A stretch of DNA of 64,000 bases from Vicugna vicugna. Its lineage: Eukaryota. Below the pieces are notes generated by a model. It was not told the DNA's origin, did no database searches, and worked only from the letters and a program-made list of their open reading frames with translations. How positions within the stretch are numbered: position 1 is the stretch's first letter; each line of letters starts with the position of its first letter. The position numbers and the translations under genes are program-made. The DNA is taken from contig MU058009.1 in assembly GCA_013265495.1 (NCBI GenBank), positions 2,358,001-2,422,000 of the forward strand, written 5' to 3'. Positions 38,091 through 48,720 of this stretch are shown here, piece by piece.

Positions 38091-41000
38091 GATAGGTGCT
38101 CTCTCCATCTGAACTTTTCCACCAACCCCTGGGTCTCACGATGAGTTGGGCATCCCCCCGAAGGTCAAGACGACCCCAGGCTGCAGCACAGAACCCCTGG
38201 TTTCAGATGTGGGAAAAGCTGAGTGAACAATTCAAAAATGTTGCATGGCCCTTGCAGGCCTGAAACCCTCATTCCACACCATGAGCAGAACGCAACTCTG
38301 TCTGTTGCCTGAGACACCTGCCCACCCCTAAGAAAATCACCAACAGCCCACAGCTGCTCAAGTCTAACTGGTGACACTAAAGAGGACGGAATGGTGTCCA
38401 ACAAGTGCCACCCAAACTTCCTTCCAGAGCTATTTGCTGGGCATCCACTACCGGTCAGGAGCCACGGGCTTCAGAATATTCAGAGATGGGATTTTGAGAT
38501 GGTCTTTTATGGCTTGCAGAGCACTCTCATCCTACTCCAAACAAAGAGGACTACAAGGAAGGCAGACAGAGGCACTTGAACAAAAAGGCATGATGCTCAG
38601 AAGGTGAAGATATATCTGCGAAACAGCAGATGAGGAGTCCAAGCTGGCAAGACCAGGGCAGCACACAAGACCTCTCTGTGGAGCCCTGAGAGGGACCGCA
38701 ATGAGGAGCCGAGAGGCCGAGCGCCTGACACACACTGCACCTCGGGGAGATGACAGCACGGCACGGCATACACAAGTCATGGAGACATCCTGCAGGGAAC
38801 TACCAGGGCCAGGGACTTGTGAAATCTGTAATCTCTCGGACCTGCTTTTGCCTCTCATTGGGACTTGGCTGGAGACCTTAACCTAAAGAACGAGTTTGCG
38901 GAGGGAATCCGGGGCTCCGGGGCAGGGGAGTGGAGGCAGAGAGCGCACGGTTAGCCCGGTAACGCCCCTCAAGTGTCAGCCAGCGTATTCCACCTGCACT
39001 TGGGTCCGGAGACCTGAGTTCCAGCCCTGGCTCCGCCCCTCGCCTGCTGCGTGCTGGTGGGCAGGCCTCTTAGCGCCTGTGAGCGCTGCAGTCCTCATCC
39101 ATCGGCTGGAGACAGAGTGTCTGTCCGGCCGACCTCCCAGGTTTGTGGCAACACCCACGGTGCCCTGCCAAGCATCCAGCCCTGGAGAGCCACGGTGCGC
39201 TCCTGTTAGACACCGTCCTCCTCTCTTTCCCGCCTCCTGCCCTCGGCAGGCCGACCACCTCTTCTTCTTTCCGCAGGACCCCTCTGTGAATCAGGGGTGG
39301 TCCCTCCAGGTGACGTCGGCTCACTGCCCCATCCATCTGAGTCAACATGAAGAGGCATCTGTGACTCTCTCCAGGGCCCCCAGCCCTGAACACAGGACTC
39401 CCACACCCCGCCGGAAACACCTTCATCCCAACCCAAGTGTCTCACCCCAAACTGCAGAGCCAGCAGAACGGTAACAGAAATAAAATCCTTCCTGGTGAGT
39501 CTGGGTTGTGCCCTTCCTTTGTTCGTGGCTGGTGCCACGGCTCCCACTAGGCTATTGTTTCTGCGGCCCATTAAGGCTCTCGCATTCTATGCAGAACTGA
39601 CTGGTTGGGAGCCCAGGACAGTTAACCCCACGGGGCCAAGCCAAGGACCTCCCAGTGTTTCCTCCGGGGAACATGTGAAGGGAGACCCTTGACAGACCTC
39701 TGTGCTGAAAGAAAACCAAGTCAGGTCTTGTCCATCTCTCCACTCGACCCCCGAGACCAAGTTTCTCTCTCTCCCAAGGAGATCATGGGTTGTGAAATGC
39801 CTTAATGGAAAAAACAGCCACAGGGCACAGCTTAATGGGATTGCATCCAAAATCATTATGTCATGAAGTTTCTTTCCCCAAGTGCACACAGGCTGTTTTC
39901 CAGCACTTATCCCAAATCACTTTTTACGGGGAGCTAGGCGGAGGCGGCGGGGGGAGGAGTGTTCACAGGCAGGGAGACGCACAATCCCCTATTCATCCCT
40001 TTTGGCTCTTCATCCTCTGCCGTTAGGGCAGGGTTACCCCCAGCCCTGGGACGCCGTGCTCTGCCCTTGTCGGTCCCACTTCCATCACCCCTTTTCACTC
40101 ATCTAGAGCGACTGTGGACGTGAGGTTTGCTGAGCTGGCCTTTGCTCGGTCATATTCCCCAAAGCCTTGAGTAGAGCAAGCCCTCTAAAGCTGGGGAGGG
40201 GGATCCATCTGACCTCTCCGCAGGGTCAGCGGCCTTCTGGGCACCCCAGGGAGGGGCAGGTGAGCTGGGGAGGAGGGCGCGATGCCGTGGAATCAACATG
40301 GGTCTGGGGGCTCTGGTTCCAGGTCGGTCGTGAAAGAAGGGCTCACTTGCAGACTCTGGGAGCAGAACCACAATCGCCCCCCAAGTGCCGTCTAGTGAAA
40401 ACATGCAGCGCGTCTCTTGAAGCGCTGGGTCCGGCCACTGTCAGCCTGATGGGGCTGAAAGAGTGCAAACAAGCAAGACAGAACCAAAAACGCTGTTTTG
40501 GAGCCAGAATGTGGCTGCCATTCCTGGAGGGGAGGTAGGGGACGTGACGAGGGCAGGACGCAGGAGGGGGTGGGTGTGGGTTGAGGGAGGAAGGGAGTCA
40601 TTTGCTGCAGATGATTTGGGCGATAAGGGCCAGGGACTGCCCGCCCAGCTCAGGGACCAGGTCCAGTGGCCTGCGGTTAACCAATAAGAAAATCAAGGGA
40701 CAGGGTGAAATCTCAGGAGTGAGGTCACTGCCTACTCACCTGGGGCAGGGACGGCACTGGTAGGAAGGGTTCTGAGGGCTGCTGTGGGCAGGGAGCGGAG
40801 CCCCGGGGGCAGGGAGCCGTGTTGAGTAAGCAGGGTCGGGAGCGTCATCGGTCCTACCCATGTGAAAGTGCTCGGTCTCAACAAATTCCAGCTTCTGGTG
40901 TTTGATGCTCGCTTAGTTTCTATACAATGTGATAAAGAAATTGCTAAATACAAAACAGATATAGCTAGATTTTGTGCAGCTTTGAGAAGCAGGAATCTGA

Positions 41001-41469
41001 TTGCGGAAAATCCACCGGTGCAGGTGCAGACTATGGCTTCAATCACCTTCGAGCCCAGGGCCAAACCTTTTCAGGGACAATGCCTATGGCAAGGGGGGAA
41101 TTCCCAGAGTTAACTCAGTCCAGCCTCCGCACAAGTTATTACTATCAACCCCATGTTGATAATGACAGAGGTCCCATGAATAGGTTTCCCGGTTTCAGCA
41201 AGCCGGCAGGAGCGGGGAAGTCCCAGGCACAGAGCAAAGTTCACGTGCTTTACTTCCCGCTTCCATGCTGCCCTCAAGCAGCCCTTGGCATCCATGCCTT
41301 GAGAAGCCAGGCTTGCTCCCAAGGACCTTCACAGAATCTCAGAAGGGATCTGCAGAAGGGAGGGATCAGGCCCTTTCAAGGGGGCTAGCGATCCCCCAAC
41401 ACTAGAATCTGGAGGCAACCGAGTCAAACAAGGGTCAGTTCACTTCCAAGAAGGGCAATGACAGTTCAG

Positions 41470-42571
41470 TGTGTGTTTTCTACAAACAAGGACACCTTCC
41501 TATCTGATAACAACGCAATCTGAAAACCAGGCCATTCACTTAGGTACCCTTCCTTCATGGAACCCACACCCAACGCCAGCGCTGCTGACCGTCCCAGTTA
41601 CGCCCAGGATCACACATCGCTTCGGCATCAGGCTCTGTGGCCCTCTTTAATCCGGAACACTTCCTCAGTCCATCCTTGACCTTCACGACTGGGCACCTTC
41701 GGGGATTACATGACAGTTATTTTGCCAAATGTCCCTCCTTTGGCATTCGTGTAACGTTGCCTCAGGATTTGCCTCGGGTGATGCGTTTGGGGCAGGAATG
41801 CCACAGGAGTGATGCCGGGTTCCCCCTGCATCCTGTTAGGCAGCACACAGTCACAGTTTGCCTTATGGCATCTGACGTTACCTTGACCACTCCAGCAGGT
41901 GGTATCGGCTGGGTTTTTCCAATGTACATTCACCCCTTTTCTCTCTGTCGGTATGATACTATTTGAGACTAAGAAAACACACCAACCCTCATCAAACTGT
42001 CACCCACTGGTTCTAACATTCATTGATGTTTCTTGGCTGAATTAACTATTACGATCGTTGCCAAGCGGTGATTTTCTAATTTCATCATTCCTTCACAGGA
42101 CATGAGTTGGCCGTCCACTGCAGAGAAAGCGGTCTCTTCTCTTCATTTATTTATTCACTTGCATGTTTGCATCAGTACAGACTCACAGATTCTATTTTAC
42201 TCAGTGGGACATAAATGGTTACTAACATCATTTTCATGTTCAGATTCTACCAGGTTTGGTCAGGGGAGCTCCTGCAGGCTGGCTTCTATGTCCTTGAGAC
42301 CTGTCTCCATAATTCTCTGAGCACTCCCTGCACAAGAGAACATTCCAGAGCCATGATGTCCTTGCCCTGCCACCCTTCATGGACTCAGCCATTTCTCCAA
42401 GGAGCCCTGAATCCTTTTAGTGGACAGGGGTATTTAGAAACTAAGATCTGATACATGGACCCCGGATGCACACAGCAGCACTATTTACAATAGACAGGGA
42501 AGCAACCTATAAATGCCCATCGACAGATGACCAGATAAAGAAGCTCTGGGGTATATGTATGTATATATGTG

Positions 42572-42613
<42 letters not shown>

Positions 42614-43200
42614 TATATACACAATGGACTACTACTCAGCCATAAAAAAGAGTGAAATAATGCCACTTGCAGCAACATGGATGGACCTAGAGATGATCAT
42701 ACTAAGTGAAGTAAGTCAGACAAAGACAAATATCATATGGTATCACTTATATGTGATACAAATGAATTTATTTACAAAACAGAAACAGACTCACAAAGAA
42801 AACAAACTTTCAGTTCTCAAAGGGGAAAGGGGGGAGGGATAAATTGGGAGGTTGGGATTAGCAGATACAAGCTACTAATATAAGAACAGATAGACAACAA
42901 GGTCCTACTGTACAGCACAGGGAACTACATTCAATACCTTGTACTAACCCACAGCGAAAAAGAATATGAAAAATAGGGTATATGTATGTATATATATGTA
43001 TATATGTATACCTATGTATATGTATGTATATCACTATGCTGTACACCAGAAACTAATGCAACATGGTAAATTGGCTATATTTCAATTAAAAAAAAGAAAC
43101 GGAGATCTGAGCACTAAGTCTGCCTACCGCTACTGGAGTGTCACTGTTCCCAGGACCCCTCAGTGGAGAAGATGCACAAACACACAGAGACACACACTCT
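41470..43200 (-). mobile_element. Old L1MC/L1MB-type 3' UTR, interrupted by a younger L1
   Basis: 'aacaaggacaccttcctatct...gcagaggaatgccacaggagtgatg'-like sequence and 'tatttagaaactaagatctg'; resumes after 43110. Confidence 0.7.
42452..43094 (+). mobile_element. Young artiodactyl-type L1 3' end with internal (TA)n(CA)n microsatellite
   Basis: 'ggattagcagatacaagctac...acaaggtcctactgtacagcacagggaactac'. 16-bp TSD AGAAAC(TA/GG)AGATCTGA at 42436-42451 and 43095-43110. Confidence 0.88.
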
Positions 43201-44267
43201 GAATCCACTGTGACAGGAAGCAGCTCAATGGTTGCATAGGGTGTGTATATAGGAGTGTGACAGAGGAATTATAAAGGGGCACAAGGAAACTTTGGGGGTG
43301 ATGGATACATTCATATGTCAAAACTTATCAAAATGTACATTTTAAATATGCATGGTTAATTAAGTGTAAACTACACTTCAATAAACCTGTTAAAATCTTT
43401 GACATCCCTGGATTCACCACGTGAAGAAAGCAATACTCTACAGAGGTCTAATGCCCCGTCTTCCAAAGTGTTGTTTAAAGGAAAACAGGAACAGGATTTT
43501 TAAATCAAGATATTCATCCTAGATTCAAAAATGTAAAATTAGAATGATTTTTTTAAACTCTCTAAATATTTTCATTAAATTAAGAAGGTGAATTTTATTT
43601 TCTTAGAATATTTTTATAATGTTTAATAAATGGGATTATATTCTGAATCCAGATTTTTAATATAAATAGTAACGAAGTTTCTAAAACAAGGATGACATGT
43701 AAAATCAATGATTTAATGCAAAGTCATACGTGCATGGAAAACGTTTAGTAATTTCTCTTGTAAACTTCATGACAAAAAAATATTCTTCAAACACACTCTT
43801 CAAAAAACTCTTATACACTCTTTGACCCAATCATTTTGCATCTAGTAATTTATCCTGGGAATGAAATACAGACACACCCAAAGATATACACGTAAGTATG
43901 TTCACTACGATGTTATTTATAATGCAAAGAATTATAATCCATCTAAACGTCTGACAAACTATGGTGTAACAAGACAATAAAACTTCAAATAAATATTAGA
44001 TTATTGTGGAGCATTTAATGTCATGGGGAAATATTCACTATATGTTTTAAGTGGAAAAAAGTGTGAATATGACTCATTTCTCTGGAGAGGGAAATAAACA
44101 AAAGTGTATGTCTGTGTTTTTAATATATGTGTGTATTTTTTATGTACATAAATACACCAGAATGTGGATGGTTTTTACTCTGAATGGTAGGACTGTGAAT
44201 GCTTTTTTGGTGGTTTTCTGTATTTTCCAGCTTTTCTCCAATTGTGTACATGTACATATGTGTCTGT

Positions 44268-44595
44268 ATAAACCCCTCATCCCCTGCCTATAGTTCAGAA
44301 ATCACAAAAAAGCTTTTGGAATGAAAGTTTTTCATAAAGTTAGTGAAAACTTGTTTAGCAACAAAAACCTAGCCTGAAATACCACAAGCCTTTCCGTCGC
44401 CTGTAACTATCAGTCTTCATGTTGGCTGTAATTATCCCGTTTACTGTGGACACGCCGAGTACTTCTCTGCCCGAAGGATGCTGCCCCAGAGCTCCTGGAG
44501 GTACCGCAGAATAGCCACTGTAGGTATCATTCTAAAATCCCTAAGTGTCTGAGCTCCAAGGCATCTGCTCCCAAGGGTTTTAAATAAAAATGAGG
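44268..44595. mobile_element. Tigger-like (MamRep434-like) DNA transposon fragment
   Basis: End 'gcatctgctcccaagggtttt' and internal 'aaaacctagcctgaa' resemble the recalled consensus. Confidence 0.45.
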
Positions 44596-44619
44596 CTTTA
44601 TGGACAAAACTTTGTGATT

Positions 44620-44720
44620 AGAGAAAGAGAGGGAGGGAGGGAGGAAGGTGGGAAGGAAGGAAGGGAGGAAGAAAGAAAGAGGGAGGGAAGGAGGGAGGGA
44701 AGGAGGGGAGAGGGGAAGAA
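44620..44720. repeat. Polypurine (GGAA/GGGA)n tract
   Basis: ~100 bp almost entirely A/G. Confidence 0.9.
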
Positions 44721-46652
44721 AAAATTATTTATAATCTGGGTGGAACACAAAAGTCCTGGAAGGAATGCTGAGGGCAAATTATATGTGGGAGGAAGTCCAA
44801 ATCTGCTGTCTTTCTGTCAAAGCTCTTCAAAAGCCACTGGACATACCACCTGGGCTCATTACTCGTGCAGGGAGGGAACTGCGAGGGGTCTCAGTAAGCA
44901 GGTGTAGAAGGAGCTGTTGTAGGACCGAGGCGTTCATCTGTGCTTTGGGGGAGGGTCTGGCTGGGAGGGGTTCACTCCAGATCAGGTGCAATTCTGTGAC
45001 CTGGCATCTTAATAAACCGTGTCTACAGGGCTAGAAGGAGGAGGGAGCTGAGGTCGGGGGAGAAGCAGCCCCCTTCTCTCTGCCAAGAGAGGGGGTGTCT
45101 GGCGTTCTCTGTGAAGCCACGACTTGCTCTGTCTGTGCTCAGACACGGTGATGAGGGGCCCGGCTTTGGCTCATCGTGGCATCAGAGCAGTCTCACAGCA
45201 GCGTGTACACCCAGTAGGCGCAGAACACTGCTTGGCTCTGAGCGCGACAGGGCCTCGACAGAACCTGCTAAGCCTGAGCCAAGTCCAGTCCAGGGACCCT
45301 TAACCCCTGCTGCGGCCTGAAGGCGGACAGGCACGGGCGGGAGTCAGGATTTCCTCACGGGGTGGGGGGCTTCCCCCTCACCTGCAGCCACAAACGTGAC
45401 AGTGCCCCAGGATGGGAACCTCAGAAACCTCCCCAGGGAGAGGCGGGCGGCTGCAGAGACGGGGGAGGAAGGAGCTGAAAGAGCTGGTGTGACCCCCCAC
45501 CCAGGAGCAGAAACAGCCCGGAGCAGAAGAACCACCTTCAGGCAAAGGGGCCCAAGAGACACAGCCTGGAGAGGGGGCTGAGGGGCGGCAAAGGGCCCAG
45601 ACGCAGGTGGGCTCACCTGAACCCAGGAGCCCAGCACGGTGACCTCCAGGAAACCCCAGGAGCTCTGCCCTCCCGAGGCCACCAAAACCCACTCTCCGTC
45701 CTCCTTCTCAGAGAAGCCAAGGGCTGGCTTGTGAATCTCGAAGGAAGCGGGGAAGGGAAGGAAGAGAGGGGACCCCCACCTCCCTCCATCCTCACCCCCA
45801 GTCTCCCAGCTGCGGCAGGCCCCCGCTGGGAGGGGACAAGCTGGGAGCAGCCAGACTCGAGCTTGAACAAGTCAGCGGAGCCGACGCTGTCATCCCTCCA
45901 AAACAAGATTTCTTAATATTTGAGAGGGACCAGGAGAGCGGCGGGCTCTGCCGATGACGTCAGCGGGGAGAAGAAAAGGGGCACAAAGGCCGTTGTGGGA
46001 CAGAATCAGGCTGCTTGCCCTCAACACACAGTTAACTAAGTCACTGCATATATAATACACTAAGCTGCTGAAGAATTTTTTTTAAATTAATAGGCTTTTT
46101 AAGAGCAGCATTAGGTTTACAGAAAAAGTGAGCAGAAAGTACAGAGAGTGTCCACTACGCCCTCCCCTAGCGCAACAGCCCATCATGGCCCCATTACCCG
46201 CATCTTGCACCCGTGTGATGCACCTGCAGGGATGGGAACTGGTGGGCCAGACCTGACACACTGTCATTGACCAGAACCCACAGTTCACACGAGGGTTCAT
46301 TCTTTGTGCTGTGCAGCTCTCTGGGTTTCAACAAGTGTACAGGGATGGAGCTACACCATTACTGTGTCATACAGAACAGTGTCACTGCCCTGAAGATCCT
46401 CTGTGCTCCACCTATCTCTCCCTCCCCACCTCTCCCCAGCCCCCCGCAACCACTCATGTCTATACTTTCTCACAGGGTCGCCCTTTCCAGAATGCCGCAT
46501 GGTTGGAGTCATACAGTCCATAGCCTTTTCAGACTGGCTTCTCTCAGTAATACGCATTTAAAGTTCTTCCATGTCCTTCACGGCTTGATAGCTCATTTCT
46601 TTTTATCATTGAATAATATTCCATCATATGTCTTCCAAATTTTGCATTCCAC

Positions 46653-47506
46653 AGTTCTGGGTTCTTACACCATAAATATCTTTGCCACAAACACATTTGC
46701 AACAAGCATTTTTACCTGAGACATTGTCACCGCACAGCTAAGTGGCCTTGAGGCAATTTTCCTGTAAAAGATAAAACAACAAAAAACAAAAGAGGGACAT
46801 TCAAAAGGATGTAGTGCAACGTGGGAAACGAGTAACAAAAGTTAAAAGACTTTGTTGCAAAATACAAAAGACTTGAATACCTTTAAAATATGTGTAGATT
46901 CACGGCAGTACTTCGCAAATAACTGATTTTATTTTGTGGGTTGTATTTGTTGAAGCACTGAGCATTTGTCTTCCAGGTCTTTCGTTCACAGTATTTTGTA
47001 CTTTTTTTTTTTTTTGGCTTGTTGATTCATCTCCTTTGGCAGCGGACGGGTTGTTTTTTAAGCTAAAATTCCTTCCTCAGTAAGCGAGTTATCTGTTTCC
47101 AGATAGATACGAGGATGCAGATTTGTATCTGAGCTCTGTACCGCCCTGAGGGAGCATCTACGCTTCTCTGTGCTCCTGGCGTATTGTCGTATGTCCACAG
47201 ATAGACGGTCCAAAGTTCTACGGGAAATGTGGGACCAACTCTGCGCCTTCGAGACCCTTGCCTCTTTCTCCTCTGGTGTAGTAAATATGTTTCAAAATAA
47301 GAAAGCAACTCTTGGGGCAAATCATCGCCATCTGTCAGTTCAATAAAGCCACCGCCCTTCGATACCGCATTTCAACCAGTCCAAACTAGCAGCCCAAAGA
47401 CTGTCAACTAGTTGCTTTATATTTTATGGCAAAATTGCTTATTGCCAATTAGTTATGCAGCGAAAATGTTTGCAGCGATCATGTTTACGGCCAAGAAGCT
47501 TATGGT
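46653..47506 (-). mobile_element. Fossil non-autonomous Mutator-like (MULE) DNA transposon
   Basis: Degenerate TIRs 46669-46780 / 47411-47505 built of 15-bp subunits. Minus-strand transposase remnant GFIELTDGDDLPQELLSYFETY...RRRVGPTFPVELWTVY...IWKQITRLLRKE...ISYLRSTAVNLHIF*. Confidence 0.8.
46883..47350 (-). pseudogene. Decayed C-terminal region of a MULE transposase
   Basis: Motifs YFExxY, FPxELWxVY, IWK..L.KE and terminal YLRSTAVNL resemble animal MULE transposase C-termini. Frameshifts present; stop at 46883-46885. Confidence 0.75.
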
Positions 47507-47828
47507 ATTCCAGTCTGTTTATCCAGTCACCTACCGAAAGACACCCTTGCTGCTTTCCAGTTTTGGCCGTTATGAATAAAGCTACCATGAACATTTGCAC
47601 TTAGGTTTTCATGTGCACAAAAGTTTTCAACTCATTTGAGTAAATAACCAGCAATTTCTGGATCACATGGTAAGACTACGTCTAGCTTTGTAAGGAGCCA
47701 CCGCGCTGTCTTCCACAGGGGCTGTACCGTCCTGCCTTCCCACCAGCAACGAAGGGGAGACCCTGTCGCTCCACAGCCTCACCGGCATTTGGTGCTGCCG
47801 GTGTTGCTGATTTTAGCCATTCTCATAG

Positions 47829-48030
47829 GTGTTTTGCTGGTAGATTTTTCATAGCAGCTCTCCAGCCAAGGGAAAGCCCTGAATTGTTTGCTGATGCTCA
47901 CAGTGTAAATACTCCCAACCATGGCCAATTTAAGCAACCAAAGCGATGTCACTGGATTCAGAGTCGGGAGGAGATGCACCAGATGTGTGCTGACCGCAGC
48001 TCCCCTGCCCGTACAGACGCTCAGGGCAGA
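47829..48030. mobile_element. MER63-like hAT-Blackjack element
   Basis: 'tgctggtag...aaagccctga...gtgtaaatactcccaaccatggccaattt...gatgtcactg'. Confidence 0.7.
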
Positions 48031-48529
48031 GGTGGGCTTAACCATTCTCAACAAACCCACCTGTCACCTTCCTAGACTGGTGACCACTATTTGATCACTA
48101 ATGGTTGACGTCCTGGTACTCAGAGTGGGGAAATCCTGTAAGCAACATCCTCTGCAGAACCCAAGCTTAACTAGGCTAACTTCTATCTTACTGACAAAGA
48201 TGCGAAGGGAGGCAGGGGGTTACGTGACAATCACTAAGTCATTTTCCTTCATGCTTGGTGCCACAGCAGACCTTCCAGTCTCTAGAATCTGGTCCCCCGA
48301 GTCATCCAAAATGGTTTCTTCGCACGTGGCCACATCCTGCCCTGTGCCTTCTCTCTCTTCTCTTACTTTGACCCCCACCCCACTCAGCTCCCCCACAACC
48401 ATCCTGGGGTCACCCTCTTTCTCTCCATTGCCAGCAGGGCTTCCACAGCTTCTAGGAGGTCATCTGATATAAACGTTAAGCTTTCAGAAATAAGAAAACA
48501 TTGTCTGCACGCAGGATTTTTTTTTAAAA

Positions 48530-48720
48530 CCTCCGTGAGGGCTTAATTATCTGACTGATTCTTCTCTTCCCAAGATTATTCTTCCGTAGTCACCAATCAT
48601 TGGAGCTGGTAATGATCACTGGATGCTTTAGTGTTCAGCCATTATTTTATTAAAGCTAAATTTAGCCTTTGTATGTGAGATTACGCTTTGAAGTGTGACC
48701 AAATGAAACCCAGCTCCGCG
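48530..48720. promoter_or_regulatory. Candidate conserved enhancer
   Basis: Repeat-free AT-rich block with TTAATTA, CCAATCA, TAATGA, TTTATTA and GATTAC. Confidence 0.4.

Larger units (their letters stand above)
46076..47830 (-). mobile_element. L1MC1-like 3' end split by the MULE insertion
   Basis: 'aggtttacagaaaaagtgagcagaaagtacagagag...gaataatattccatcatatg' resumes as 'ctgtttatccagtcacctaccgaaagacac' after 47506. Confidence 0.8.

Noticed and set aside
40862..41113. 83-aa ORF with protein-like composition
   Set aside because: GTG start, no recognisable family, no convincing splice boundaries; better explained as AT-rich non-coding sequence
45680..45720. Minus-strand peptide FSEKEDGEWVLV resembling the TP53INP1 LIR region
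   Set aside because: Similarity is limited to about 12 residues and the flanks do not resemble TP53INP1/2; likely chance
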